From: Squalus acanthias
Taxonomy: Eukaryota
DNA length: 64,000 nt
Reading direction: 5' to 3'
Assembly (NCBI GenBank): GCA_030390025.1
Contig: CM059432.1
Coordinates: forward strand, 23,748,001 to 23,812,000
The notes under the pieces are model-generated. The model did no database searches, was not told the origin of the DNA, and saw nothing but the letters and a program-made list of their open reading frames with translations. Positions 12,791 to 24,189 of the stretch are shown piece after piece (position 1 is the stretch's first letter; every line of letters starts with the position of its first letter). The position numbers and the translations under genes were made by a program.

Positions 12791-14874
12791 AAAAGTTACT
12801 AGCAGATGCGCTGCACTTACTTCTGGGTTTCCCATACGCTATCTCCCCCCACCCCCCCCAGCTCCTAGCGCCTCTGCGAGTTAAAATCCAGCCCTATTCT
12901 TTTACTAAGATAGTAAAAACACAGTAAGCGCATTAAAGGACTTAACTGGTTCCTGGGTTATGGCTGGAAATACTTGAGGAGGGGACGCAGGAGAAATAGA
13001 GAGACAGCAGAAGGGAATGGTGAATGGGGAGAAGAGGAAAAGTTACCCCAGGATTGGGTGTGGCTAAGGAGCAGGAAGTGGGGGGTGAAAGCCACATCGG
13101 GGCTCAGCTGGGGTCCTGAGAAGTGGGAGAGATGGCAGGAGGGAGCAGGAAGAAGTGGCAGAGTGATTATTAGAGGCCTTTTGTGCCCCATAGCTTGAAC
13201 ACAGGGCTCAGAGGACATGATTAGAGATAAATATAATCAATATGAGAATAGTGCAACGGCACCATCTACCTTTGACACTCAGCTTGGAGGACTCATTCAG
13301 GGACGTATAATAAATAGCTAAATTTAAGCGTAAAAAGCAGGTATGGTAGAAAAAGCATGATAGGAAAGTGTTACAAAAGTGTTGCCTACACTGGGGCAGA
13401 GTTTCTGCTCAAAATTGAACCCATTTTGGAAAGTGTTTCCCTCCCCACCCCCCGATTTGCTTAAAAAATAGTCCTTAATATATTTAAGAGTGGTAACTTG
13501 GGTTTATCACAAAAATAAGCATTTTAAATCACAGTGTCAATCTGTGAGTAATCCGATTTTAAATTAGTGAAAATGACTTTTAAAAAAATATACAAAACAA
13601 TTTTCTAGTTAGATTGGGGTACAGTAGTGAGTTCCTTAATAATTTTTTTTTAATTCATTCAAAACGTACCTACTGGAAACTCCCAATGGTGATTACCCTG
13701 GGTGCAAGGCTAGTTTTGCGGGCGGGGCCTGCTTCTAAGTGCAATGTTTTTAAAACTAGCGCAAAAGGTCGCAGAAACTCGAGTTCCACTGAACGCAATT
13801 TGGGCTTCAAATTCCCACAATCGTTTGCGCCAGTTACATCGCTATTGGGGAAATTGCGCCGAAAAAACCAGCGGAATCGAGCAGAAACTGCAGGCCACTG
13901 TATGCAAGATGGTTGAAGGATAATTCTGTATTCCCAGTAGGGAGCTGTGTTTTCAGGCAGAGGGAGCTGGAGATGGGGCACACTCTGCAAGCATAGCTCG
14001 ATGCTGAAAGTACGGGATTGTAGAATTACCCCTTTAAAGTACTGTAGTTACATATTTTTAAATCTATTGTAGAAATGTTAAAGTTCATCAATGTAGAGTG
14101 ATAACTTTTCATAAAAAAAACAATGTGGTTTGGCTTCCCTGGTGTGATTTTAAAATAAAAATTATATTGTTTTCCTTCAAGTGTATTTCAGCAATGGCTG
14201 GGACTGCTTTTATGGCCTTGACATAGTGAGACACATCTTCCTGTGTCTTTTATAATGTAGTTTGCCCGCAGAGAGGTTTAATAATTGGACTCTGCTCCAC
14301 TCGGGGGTCCTGTTTGATCCCCAGTTAATAGGCCGGATTGCTTTCTCAGCAGCTGGCGTTGCACCCCAGGGTGAAATCATCAGAAATTGCTTCCAAGCCT
14401 TGAGGCTTCACTCACTGAAAGAGCCACGTTGTTGTTCTTCCATGACTGCAGTGCTGCGCAATGTATTATATTTTTAAGTCAGTTGCTTTGTCTCCATTTA
14501 GGAAGTCGGTGTAAATGCTTTCCTCCAAGCTCAAAGGTTGCGAGTTCTAAGACTTTCATCGTGTGGGAGATGGGTGAAGGATGTTGGCATGAAGAAACAT
14601 ATCAAATCTAATTTAATTGAGCCCTGGTGAATTAGGGAACAGCATAAAAAGAGAGTGCATCTGCGAACACTTGCACTTCTCTGTCATGAAAAGAAGTATC
14701 GCACCATTGAACATAAGAACATAAGAAATAGGAGCAGGATTAGGCCACTTGGCTCCTCGAGCCTGCTCCGCCATTCAATAAGATCTTGGCTGATCTTGGG
14801 CTCAAAGCCACTTCCCCGCCCGCTGCCCATAACTCTTCACTCCCTTATCTTGCAAAAATCTGTCTATCTCCACC

Positions 14875-17687
14875 TTAAATGTATTTAATGGCCCAGCCTC
14901 CACAGCTCTCTGGGGCAGAGAATTCCACAGATTTATGACCCTCCTGAGAGAAGAAATTCCTCCTCATCTCAGTTCTAAAAGGGCGACGCTTTATTTTAAA
15001 ACTGTGACCCCGAGTTCTAGATTTCCCCACGAGGAGAAACATCCTCTCTTCATCTACCTTGTCGAGCCCCCTCAGTATCTTATATGTTTCAATAAGATCA
15101 CCTCTCATTCTTCTAAATTCCAATGAGTATAGGCCCAGCCTGCTCAACCTTTCCTCATAAGTCAACCCCCTCATCTCTGGAATTAACCTAGTGAATCGTC
15201 TCTGAGCTGCCTCCAATGCAAGTATATCCTTCCTTAAATAAGGAGACCAAAACTGTACGCAGTACTCAAGGTGTGGTCTCACCAATACCCTGTACAGTTG
15301 TAGCAGGACTTCCCTGTTTTTATACTCCAACCCCCTTGAAATAAAGGCCAACATTCCATTTACCTTTTTGATTACTTGCTGTACCTGCATGCTAACATTT
15401 TCTGTTTCATGCACAAGGATCCCCAGGTCCCTCTGAACTGTAGCATTTTGTAATCTCTCTCCATTTAAATAATAATTTGCTTTTTTATTTTTCCTGCCAA
15501 AGTGGATAACCTTGCACTTTCCCACATTATACTCCATCTGCCAAACGTTTGCCCACTCACTTAGCCTGTCTATATCCCTTTGCAGGTTCTTTGAGTCCTC
15601 TGCACAACTTGCTTTCCCACCCATCTTTGTATCATCCGCAAACTTGGCTACATTACACTCGGTCCCTTCATCCAAGTCATTAATGTAGATTGTAAATAGT
15701 TGAGGCCCCAGCACCGATCCCTGTGGCACCCCACTAGTTACCATTTGCCAACCAGAAAATGACCCATTTATCCCGACTCTCTGCTTTCTGTTAGTTAGCC
15801 AATTCTCTATCCATGCTAATATATTACCCCCAATTCCGTGAGCTCTTATCTTATGCAGTAACCTTTTATGTGGCACCTTCTCGAATTCCTTCTGGAAATC
15901 CAAATACACCACATCTACTGGTTCACCTTTGTCCACCCTGCTCGTTACATCCTCAAAGAACTCCAGCAAATTTGTTAAACATGATTTCCCTTTCATAAAA
16001 CCATGCTGACTCTGCCTGACTGCATTATGATTTTCCAAATGCCCTGCTACTGCTTCCTTTAATGAAGGACTCCAGCATTTTCCCAATGACAGAGGTTAGG
16101 CTAACTGGTCTATAGTTTCCTGCTTTCTGTCTCCCTCCTTTCTTAAATAGGGTGTTACATTTGCGGTTTTCCAATCCGCTGGGACTTCTCCAGAGTCCAG
16201 GGAATTTTGGTATATTGCAACCAATGCATCCACTATCTCTGCAGCCACTTATTTTAAGACCCTGGGATGCAGGCCATCTGGTCCAGGGGACTTGTCATCT
16301 TTTAGTCCCATTATTTTACCAAGTACTATTTCCTTAGTGATAGTGATTGTCTTTAGTTCTCCCCTCCCTGTGGCCCCTTGATTATCCATTTTTGGGATGT
16401 TGTTAGTGTCTTCTACCGTGAAGACAGATACAAAATATTTGTTCAGACTCTGTGTCATTTCCCCGTTCTCCATTATTAATTCCCCAGTCTCATCCTCTAA
16501 GGGACCAACGTTTACTTTAGCTACCCTCTTCCTTTTTATATACCTGTAGAAGCTCTTACGATCTGTTTTAATGTTTCTTGCCAGTTTTCTCTCAGAATTC
16601 ATCTCTATTATATTTTTAGTCATCCTTTGCAGGTTTTTAAAAATTTCCCAATCCTCTGGTCTCCCACCAATCTTGGCAACATTGTATGCCTTCATTTTCA
16701 ATTTGATACTATCCTTTACTTCCTTAGTTAGCCACGGATGGTGCTCCCTTCTCTTAAAATCTTTCTTTCTCGCTGGAATATATTTTTGTTGAGAGTTAGG
16801 AAATATCTCCTTAAATGTCCGCCACTGCATTTCAACTGTCTTACCCTTTCATTTATTTTTCCAGTCCACTTTAGCCAGTTCTGCCCTCATACCATTTTAA
16901 TTGCCTTTGTTTAAGATCAGGACACTGGTTTGAGATACAACTTTCTCACCCTCCAACTGAATTTGAAATTCAACCAAGCTATGATCACTCTTTCCTAGAG
17001 GATCCTTCACTGTGAGATCATTTATTAATTCTGTCTCATTGCACAGTACCAGATCCAAGATCGCCTGCTCCCTGGTTGGTTCCATTACATACTGTTCTAG
17101 GAAACCATCCCGGATGCACTCTATGAACTCCTCCTCAAGACTACCATGTCCAATTTGATTTGTCCAATCAATATGGAGATTAAAATTACCCATGATTATT
17201 ACCGTACCTTTTTTACAGACCTCCATTATTTGTTGATTTATACTCTGTCCAACAGTACTGCTACTGTTCGTGGGCCTGTAGACTACGCCCACCAGAGACT
17301 TTTTCCCTTTATTATTTTTATCTCCACCCAAACCGATTCTACATCTTGATCTTCTGATCCAATATCACTTCTCGCCACTGCACTGATTCCATCCTTTACC
17401 AACAAAGCCACCCCACCTCCCTTTCCTTTCTGTCTGTCCTTCCGAATTGTCAGATACCCTGGAATATTCAGTTCCCTGCCCTGATCACCTTGCAACCACG
17501 TCTCTGTAATGGCGATCAGATCATACCCATTTGTATCTATTTGTGCCGTCAACTCATCTATCTTGTTAGGAATGCTGCGTGCATTCAGATATAGAGCTTT
17601 TAACTTTGTCTTTTTACCATTTCTCCTTGTTTTGGCCCCATTTTCTGTTGCACTCTTATTTTTAAACATTCTGCCCCTTCCTGTCAC
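14875..17687 (-). pseudogene. CR1 ORF2 (APE endonuclease + reverse transcriptase), few disruptions
   Basis: YLNARSI, ITETWL, GVVYRP, SDH, KSPGPDGLHPRVLK, QHGF, GVPQGSVLGP, FADDTK, VRPHLEYC; split over five ORFs by stops and frameshifts. Confidence 0.93.
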
Positions 17688-17788
17688 ACTCTGGTTATTA
17701 TTTCCCCCATCTCTATCCTGCTCTATTGTTTTCTCATTTCTCGTTGACTTTTTAAATTCCCGCTCACCTGGATCCTCCCCCCCACTAT

Positions 17789-18742
17789 TTAGTTTAAAGC
17801 CCTCTCTACTGCCCTAGTTATTCGATTCACCAGGACTCTAGCCCCAGCCTGGTTCAAGTGAAGCCCGTCCAAACGGAACAGCTCCCTCTTATCCCAGTAC
17901 TGGTGCCAGTGCCCCATAAATCGAAACCCATTTCTCCCACACCAGTATTTGAGCCACTCGTTCATTTCTCTGATCTTATTTACCCTATGCAAATTCGCTC
18001 GTGGCTCAGGTAGTAATCCAGAGATTATTACCTTTGTGGTTCTGCCTTTTAATTTAGCCCCTAGCTGCTCATACTCTCTCAGCAGAACCTCTTTCTTTGT
18101 CCTACCTATGTCATTGGTGCCTACATGGACCATGACAACTGGATCCTCCCCCTCCCACTCCAAGTTTCTCTTCAGCCCAGAGGAGATGTCCTTAACCCTG
18201 GCACCGGGCAGGCAACACAGCCTTCGGGACTCATGCTCTCGGCTGCAGAGAACAGTATCTGTCCCCCTAACTATACTGTCCCCTATCACTACAACATTTC
18301 TTTTTACTCCCCCCACTTGAATGGCTCCCTGTACCACGGTGCTGTGGTCAGATTGCTCATCCTCCCTGCAGTCCCTACCCTCGTCCACACAGGGAGCAAG
18401 AATCTCATACCTGTTAGACAAGGCCAAGGGCTGAGGCTCCTCCATCACTACCTCCTGGATACCAATACCTGCCTCGCTTGTAGTCACACCCTCCTGTCCC
18501 TGACCATGGACCAAATTGGAAGTAATTACTCTAGTGGGTGTGACTGCCTCCTGGAACTTAGCGTCCAGGTAACGTTCCCCCTCCCTAATGTGTCGCAGTG
18601 TCCGAAGCTCGGACTCCAGCTCATCAACTCTGAGCCGAAGTTCCTCGAGCAGCCAACATTTGCTGCAGATGTGGTCGCCTTGGACCTCAATGGTGTCCAC
18701 CAGCTCCCACATGCAACAACAACACATTGCCTGGTCTCCCAT
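17789..18742 (-). CDS. CR1 ORF1 (zinc finger/leucine zipper + SGNH esterase), open
   Basis: 317 aa; Cys motif with CSKC, heptad leucines, VVIGDSIVR, HVGTND, DGLHLN blocks. Confidence 0.9.
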   Translation of the reverse strand: MGDQAMCCCCMWELVDTIEVQGDHICSKCWLLEELRLRVDELESELRTLRHIREGERYLDAKFQEAVTPTRVITSNLVHGQGQEGVTTSEAGIGIQEVVMEEPQPLALSNRYEILAPCVDEGRDCREDEQSDHSTVVQGAIQVGGVKRNVVVIGDSIVRGTDTVLCSREHESRRLCCLPGARVKDISSGLKRNLEWEGEDPVVMVHVGTNDIGRTKKEVLLREYEQLGAKLKGRTTKVIISGLLPEPRANLHRVNKIREMNEWLKYWCGRNGFRFMGHWHQYWDKRELFRLDGLHLNQAGARVLVNRITRAVERALN

Positions 18743-18947
18743 CTCAATTCATTAATTAATTAGTTTTAAAATTTGGAACACGTATATCTTTTAATCTACA
18801 CCAAGGCACTTAAATGTAGACTCCCAAGTTTGGGAAAAAAAGCGAGAAATATAGAAATACTCGCCAACCAATCACTTACCTGCTTTCTGGTGACGTCACA
18901 CTTCGATTACTTTTTACATCTTTACATTCACCGGTCTGTTGTGCCCG

Positions 18948-20186
18948 TTCTCCTGGGCTCTCACTGTTTTTGTAACTCCGAACTCTCGCGCTCTCCCGGG
19001 CTCCCGCTCACCTTTAGTAGCTCCGAACTCTCGCGCTCTCTCCTGGGCACCCGCTCACCATTAGTAGCACCGAACTCTCGCTCTCGCCTGGACACCCGCT
19101 CACCATTAGTAGCTCCGAACTCTCGCTCTCTCCTGGGCTCTCGCTCACCTTTAGTAGCTCCGAACTCTCGCTCTCTCCCGGGCTCCTGCTGTTTTAGTAG
19201 CTCCGAACTCTCACTCTCCTGGGCTCTTGCTCACCTTTAGTAGCTCCGAACTCTCGCTCTCTCGTGGCCTCCCGCTCACCGTTAGTAGCTCCGAACTCTC
19301 GCTCTCTCCTGGGCTCCCGCTCACCTTTAGTAGCTCCGAACTCTCACACTCTCCTGGGCTCTTGCTCACCTTTAGTAGCTCCGAACTCTCGCTCTCTCGT
19401 GGCCTCCCGCTCACCGTTAGTAGCTCCGAACTCTCGCTCTCTCCTGGGCTCCCGCTCACCTTTAGTAGCTCCGAACTCTCGCTCTCTCCTGGGCTCCCGC
19501 TCACCTTTAGTAGCTCCGAACTCTCGCTCTCTCCTGGGCTCCCGCTCACCTTTAGTAGCTCCGAACTCTCACTCTCCCGGGCTCCTGCTCACCTTTAGTA
19601 GCTCCGAACTCTCGCTCTCTCCTGGGCTCCCGCTCACCTTTAGTAGCTCCGAACTCTCACACTCTCCTGGCCTCCCGCTCACCTTTAGTAGCTCCGAACT
19701 CTCGCGCTCTCCTGGGCTCCTGCTCACCTTTAGTAGCTCCGAACTCTCGCTCTCTCCTGGGCTCCCGCTCACCTTTAGTAGCTCCGAACTCTCGCTCTCT
19801 CCTGGGCTCCCGCTCACCTTTAGTAGCTCCGAACTCTCGCTCTCTCCTGGGCTCCCGCTCACCTTTAGTAGCTCCGAACTCTCGCTCTCTCCTGGGCTCC
19901 CGCTCACCTTTAGTAGCTCCGAACTCTCGCTCTCTCCTGGGCTCCCGCTCACCTTTAGCGGTGCCGAACTCTCGCGCTCTCCTGGGCTCCCGCTCACCTT
20001 TAGTAGCTCCGAACTCTCGCGCTCTCCTGGGCTCCCGCTCACCTTTAGTAGCTCCGAACTCTCGCGCTCTCCTGGGCTCCCGCTCAACTTAAGTAGCTCC
20101 GAACTCTCGCTCTCTCCTGGGCTCCTGCTGTTTTAGTAGCTCCGAACTCTCGCGCTCTCCTGGGCTCCCCCTGTTTTAGTAGCTCC
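18948..20186. repeat. 45-bp tandem array, about 27 units (left part)
   Basis: Unit CTCACCTTTAGTAGCTCCGAACTCTCGCTCTCTCCTGGGCTCCCG with shorter CTGTTTTAG variants; no spacers. Confidence 0.95.
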
Positions 20187-20560
20187 TGAAGTAAGCCCCC
20201 AAAGTGCGGACCAAGTGATATACAAGGTCGACGCTACTGGCTTGTTGAAAGAAAGACAGACCAAGTAATTGAAGTCACAACGGTTTATTCAGGCCTGGGG
20301 AGAACCTCTTACGTTGCTGCGTAAGTCCAACTCCACCGAGCTAATCAAAGCACACATATTTGTACAACATTTCTGCCTTACCCTTACGGAGATCCAATTA
20401 ATTTTAGAAGTTACACATTTACTCATTATCCGAGGGTGGCGGTTTATACAAAGATAACACATAATTTACACACAATGCTGTGCTAGCCCATGATGTGGTT
20501 TCCAGAACTGTGCTCGCTGTTTTCTGTTAATCTCGTTATAGGCCTGCTTCTGTTAATCTC

Positions 20561-21159
20561 CATGATACGGAGATGCCGGTGTTGGACTGGGGTGGACAAA
20601 ATTGAGAGGTCGCACAACACCAGGTTATAGTCCAACAGTTTTATTTGAAATCACAAGCTTTCGGAGCTATCGATCGCCCCTTCCTCAGGTGAAGTAAAGA
20701 AATACAGACTCGACAAAGCATATATAGATAGAGAACAATGCATGTGTACCTTACAATTGCAGACAACTAAATTAAATCATCCTGACTATCTGCCGAGGTG
20801 TGATAAAGTTAATCAGGTCAGCCAGGAAGGTACCACATCAAAGACATAGCAAGATACAACTGAGACAATGACCCCTGCGACTCCACCTCATTGTCTCAGT
20901 TGTATCTTGCTATGTCTTTGATGTGGTACCTTCCTGGCTGACCTGATTAACTTTATCACACCTCGGCAGATAGTCAGGATGATTTAATTTAGTTGTCTGC
21001 AATTGTAAGGTACACATGCATTGTTCTCTATCTATATATGCTTTGTCGAGTCTGTATTTCTTTACTTCACCTGAGGAAGGGGCGATCGATAGCTCCGAAA
21101 GCTTGTGATTTCAAATAAAACTGTTGGACTATAACCTGGTGTTGTGCGACCTCTCAATT
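20561..21159. mobile_element. Penelope-like inverted pseudo-LTR insertion
   Basis: Arms 20600-20871 / 20888-21159 (272 bp, no mismatch seen), 16-bp loop, 39-bp tail; flanked by CTGTTAATCTC; same family as 8065-8280. Confidence 0.85.
21067..21108 (+). ncRNA. Minimal type I hammerhead ribozyme motif (mirror copy on - strand at 20651-20692)
   Basis: UCAC-CUGAGGA-A-GGGGC(gaucgaua)GCUCC-GAAA-GCUU-GUGA: both core boxes, helix II, palindromic AAGCUU helix III, UCAC/GUGA helix I. Confidence 0.7.
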
Positions 21160-21248
21160 CTGTTAATCTCGTCATAGGCCTGCTTTTCTGCAAATGAGTC
21201 ATGCCCGTCTTGCCCTTGTTTTGTCCAATTTTTTAATATCTTACTTCA

Positions 21249-21260
21249 GTCCCCCCTTTT
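21249..21260 (-). promoter_or_regulatory. Polypurine tract
   Basis: AAAAGGGGGGAC immediately before the 3' LTR TG. Confidence 0.9.
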
Positions 21261-21660
21261 GACCTATTGGACAACTGTTCCAATACAGGTCAACATGTAT
21301 TCCTGTTGCCTGGTGTTTGCCCGAGCATGCACTCTCTGGCCTTCTACCAGTCTAGGTTATACATGGGTATGACATAAACCAATTTATGAGCCGGTTTCAC
21401 CCCACACGGTATATGTGGTCTTTTTTTTTTGTCTTTGTTCTTATGTTGCCATTCCCGGGGCCCCAGAGCCCTGCATCAATGGTTTGAGCTTCTGGTTCGA
21501 GCTCGTCCTCCATCCCCCGGTGGGTGCGTGACGTGTCCTTTCGAGACTGTCATCACTCACCAATCCTGTTTCTGCCACTCCCGTCTTACGGTTGGCCGGC
21601 CTGGTTATTAATTACCATGTCCAATTCATTCCTTGTAATTTTAGGGCTATAGATCGGGTC

Positions 21661-22995
21661 TTACACCATTCTCATAAGAGTGGCTGAGGGATCTCCTGCG
21701 AGAAGCTCCTCATCCTCCTTTCTTTCATGGTTTGCCACGGCGCCAATCTTGGCTTTACCTAATCTGGTGCAGAGGCATTTGAGCAGCAAGAATACACAGT
21801 ATATTGTAATAACAATCACGAGGAATATCATTATGCCTTGTACGACTGAGGCGCCCAACGTCCCCAACCATCCTGATCCCCAATCACCAAAATAGGAAGA
21901 GGTGGGGGAGTTTCTAGTTTTTCTTGCCTGTTCTTGTATGTGGGTTGCAAGGTTCTCAATCTCTTCTGAATCATCTGGAATGTAAGTGCAGCATGTTGGT
22001 CCTATTATGGCACACGTCCCTCCTTCCTTTGCTAATAGATAATCTAGGGCTATCCGGTTCTGCATTGAGACAGTACGTACAGCTACCAATTCTTCATTTA
22101 TTGATCTGGCCATCCCGGCCGTATCATTGGCTACTTGTTCCAATAATGTATTTAATTGGTCCGTTTCTAAAATGGTTCTATGTACCCCATAGAAAGGCCA
22201 CATTATGGCCATAACCTTTTCCCAGGTTTGCACCGCCCGTTTGCTCCTGCCCATTGGGACCCCTTGTTGGGCGTCGGTTAGGGTTTTGTGGTGGGTTACA
22301 TATGGCTGTACATAGCCGAGGTAACATGATCCTCTCCAGTTGGATGGCAGCCAGGGGTACGCCCTTTCACCGCATATAAAATACGTGCCATTATAGGCAC
22401 ATGTCCGGGATTCGTCCGTTACCCACGGTATGATAGTGTTCCCTTCCGTGCCATTATCAAGGGGGACAGTTAGATACGTTGCGGTGAACACTGGCCCGTC
22501 TTGGGCTCGTGTCATACTGACATTTTGGCAACATTTACTGCGTCCCATATCCCTTCCCGCTCCTTCCCTTGTTATACAAATTATTCCTTCCACTTTTTCC
22601 TTGAGGGTCAAAAATGGAGGTTCCTGTGTGTTAGTGTACTTGGGAAGATACCACCCTCTGAACCGATCTGGGTCATACCCTGCTGCCTCCCATTGCTTCT
22701 TCACCTGGCTTGTATCCTCCCCCTCGCTATTGATACCGTTATCATTTCCGGTGTTATTTTGATTAAGAAACCAGGATGCCATTTCCGAGTAATTAAAAGG
22801 CACGGGTTTCACCGGAATTCCTTCCTCGGAATTTGTCGGGGCTCCGGAGCAGACCCAACAGCTGGAGAGGTTCAGCTGACTCGCGTATTTCCATGACATA
22901 TACAAGTAACTATTTCCTGTAGTTTTAGGCATCCTTTCTACATTATGGAGTACGCCTAGGCCTATAAGGCCATATATAAGCAGATACTTGATCAT
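21661..22995 (-). CDS. env: Retroviral envelope glycoprotein, gamma-type, intact (444 aa from first ATG)
   Basis: Signal peptide MIKYLLIYGLIGLGVL, CWVC, RSKR furin site, fusion peptide, heptad, ISD-like MQNRIALDYLLAKEGG, CAIIGPTCC (CX6CC), TM helix, tail; no stops. Confidence 0.95.
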   Translation of the reverse strand: MIKYLLIYGLIGLGVLHNVERMPKTTGNSYLYMSWKYASQLNLSSCWVCSGAPTNSEEGIPVKPVPFNYSEMASWFLNQNNTGNDNGINSEGEDTSQVKKQWEAAGYDPDRFRGWYLPKYTNTQEPPFLTLKEKVEGIICITREGAGRDMGRSKCCQNVSMTRAQDGPVFTATYLTVPLDNGTEGNTIIPWVTDESRTCAYNGTYFICGERAYPWLPSNWRGSCYLGYVQPYVTHHKTLTDAQQGVPMGRSKRAVQTWEKVMAIMWPFYGVHRTILETDQLNTLLEQVANDTAGMARSINEELVAVRTVSMQNRIALDYLLAKEGGTCAIIGPTCCTYIPDDSEEIENLATHIQEQARKTRNSPTSSYFGDWGSGWLGTLGASVVQGIMIFLVIVITIYCVFLLLKCLCTRLGKAKIGAVANHERKEDEELLAGDPSATLMRMV

Positions 22996-23202
22996 CTTGT
23001 TCCTTGTTGTCGACCGTCCCTTCTTCCGTCGTTCTTCTAATTTGTCCTGTGGAAATACAAGGCTGGTCGTCACCAGCAGTTAATTATTCCATTCTTACTA
23101 CTTCTACTATCTCGGGCCTTGGGTTACCCCGTACCCGGATACACACTCCTTGATCGACGCATACAGAACCTACAATTATTCAAGCCATGCAGACACATCC
23201 AA

Positions 23203-24189
23203 TTAAATTAGTAGAATGCCTTTCACTTCCTCATCTTGTAACCTTTGTTTGTTAGCAGGCATTGGTTTCATTAAGACCCGTGTCCATGTATACTGTTTGC
23301 CGCCTATTGTAAAGGCGAATTTTTCTTGTGATTCCTCATGCAGGGGAATGGACCAGAATCCGTTTGCGATGTCTAACAAGGTGAATATTTTGTGTTCTGG
23401 TTTTAAACCGTTAAAGATAGTAGCTGGGCTTGCTACAATTGGATATTCCTTTGGGGTCACTTTATTTAAGGCTGTGTAATCGATTGTAAGTCGACATGAC
23501 GCATCAGGTTTCTTTACGGGCCATACTGGAGAATTAGTGCCGGACACTGTTTCTCGCAAAATTCCTTGTTTAACTAGTTCCAATACTATACTCCGTACGG
23601 CTGTCTGGGCCTCCATTTTTAGGGGATACTGTTTATGGGGTCGGTGGGTTGGCCCGGGGACTCTGACTGGGTTTATCTTGACCAGTCCGCAGTCCTGCTT
23701 GTGTTTGGCCCATAGTTCGGGGAATCGGTGGCAAATTTCCCCCCATCCTCCCTTTTTGTCCCATTTGGGGTCTATTATTCGGAGAGCGCTGATGGCGCAT
23801 GCTGTCTTGGATCCCTTTGATTTATGTCTCTCTTCCTTATGGTTATCGGGCCATAGCAACTTATCTTGCTTGGGGTCTATTAAAACTCCCACTTCCCTTA
23901 GTATGTCTATACCCAGGATGGTCCCCTCAGTATTTTCACAGATCCAGAAACATGTAGGTATAATGATTTTTCCTAATTCTAGTAATACTGTATCACTTTT
24001 CCATGCTTTAATTTTTACTCCCCCTATCCCGGATATAAAAATATTTTTCTTGGTTCGCGGCAAGGGTACGTTTGTTCGAGATATTGCTGCCCCGGTGTCT
24101 ATGAGCATTCTGCACTGTCGGCCCCCTACCAGTGCCTCAATAAACATTCTAGGGTCTCTCTTTGCCGGGTCTCCGAGGGCCGCTACCTG
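23203..24189 (-). pseudogene. pol: pro-pol: aspartic protease + N-terminal RT, truncated
   Basis: LIDTGA, ILGIDIL, NSPVWPVKKPD, LTIDY, LDIANGFWSIPL, FAFT, QYTWTR; then no LPQG, YxDD, RNase H or integrase core. Confidence 0.93.

Larger units (their letters stand above)
9461..12894. mobile_element. PIF/Harbinger DNA transposon (two convergent genes), degenerate
   Basis: 14-bp TIRs GGGCTG(A/G)ATTTTAA, 3-bp TSD TAT (9458-9460, 12895-12897); contains transposase and Myb/SANT remnants. Confidence 0.92.
20187..21248 (-). repeat. Proviral 3' LTR containing a Penelope-like insertion
   Basis: Matches 26322-26777 apart from the insertion at 20561-21159; minus-strand AATAAA at 20284-20289. Confidence 0.95.

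Noticed and set aside
14261..14477. Candidate preceding FAM135B exon after tgtAG
   Set aside because: Translation lacks the expected W-L...LENLVFG-like motif and no suitable donor was found.
18948..20186. 45-bp array as a CRISPR array, or its long ORFs (e.g. 19264-20136) as proteins
   Set aside because: No unique spacers, no cas genes, eukaryotic context; the ORFs arise because the unit is a stop-free multiple of three.
21661..22995. Calling env a domesticated syncytin-like gene
   Set aside because: Near-identical LTRs show the insertion is young, so an open ORF is not evidence of selection.
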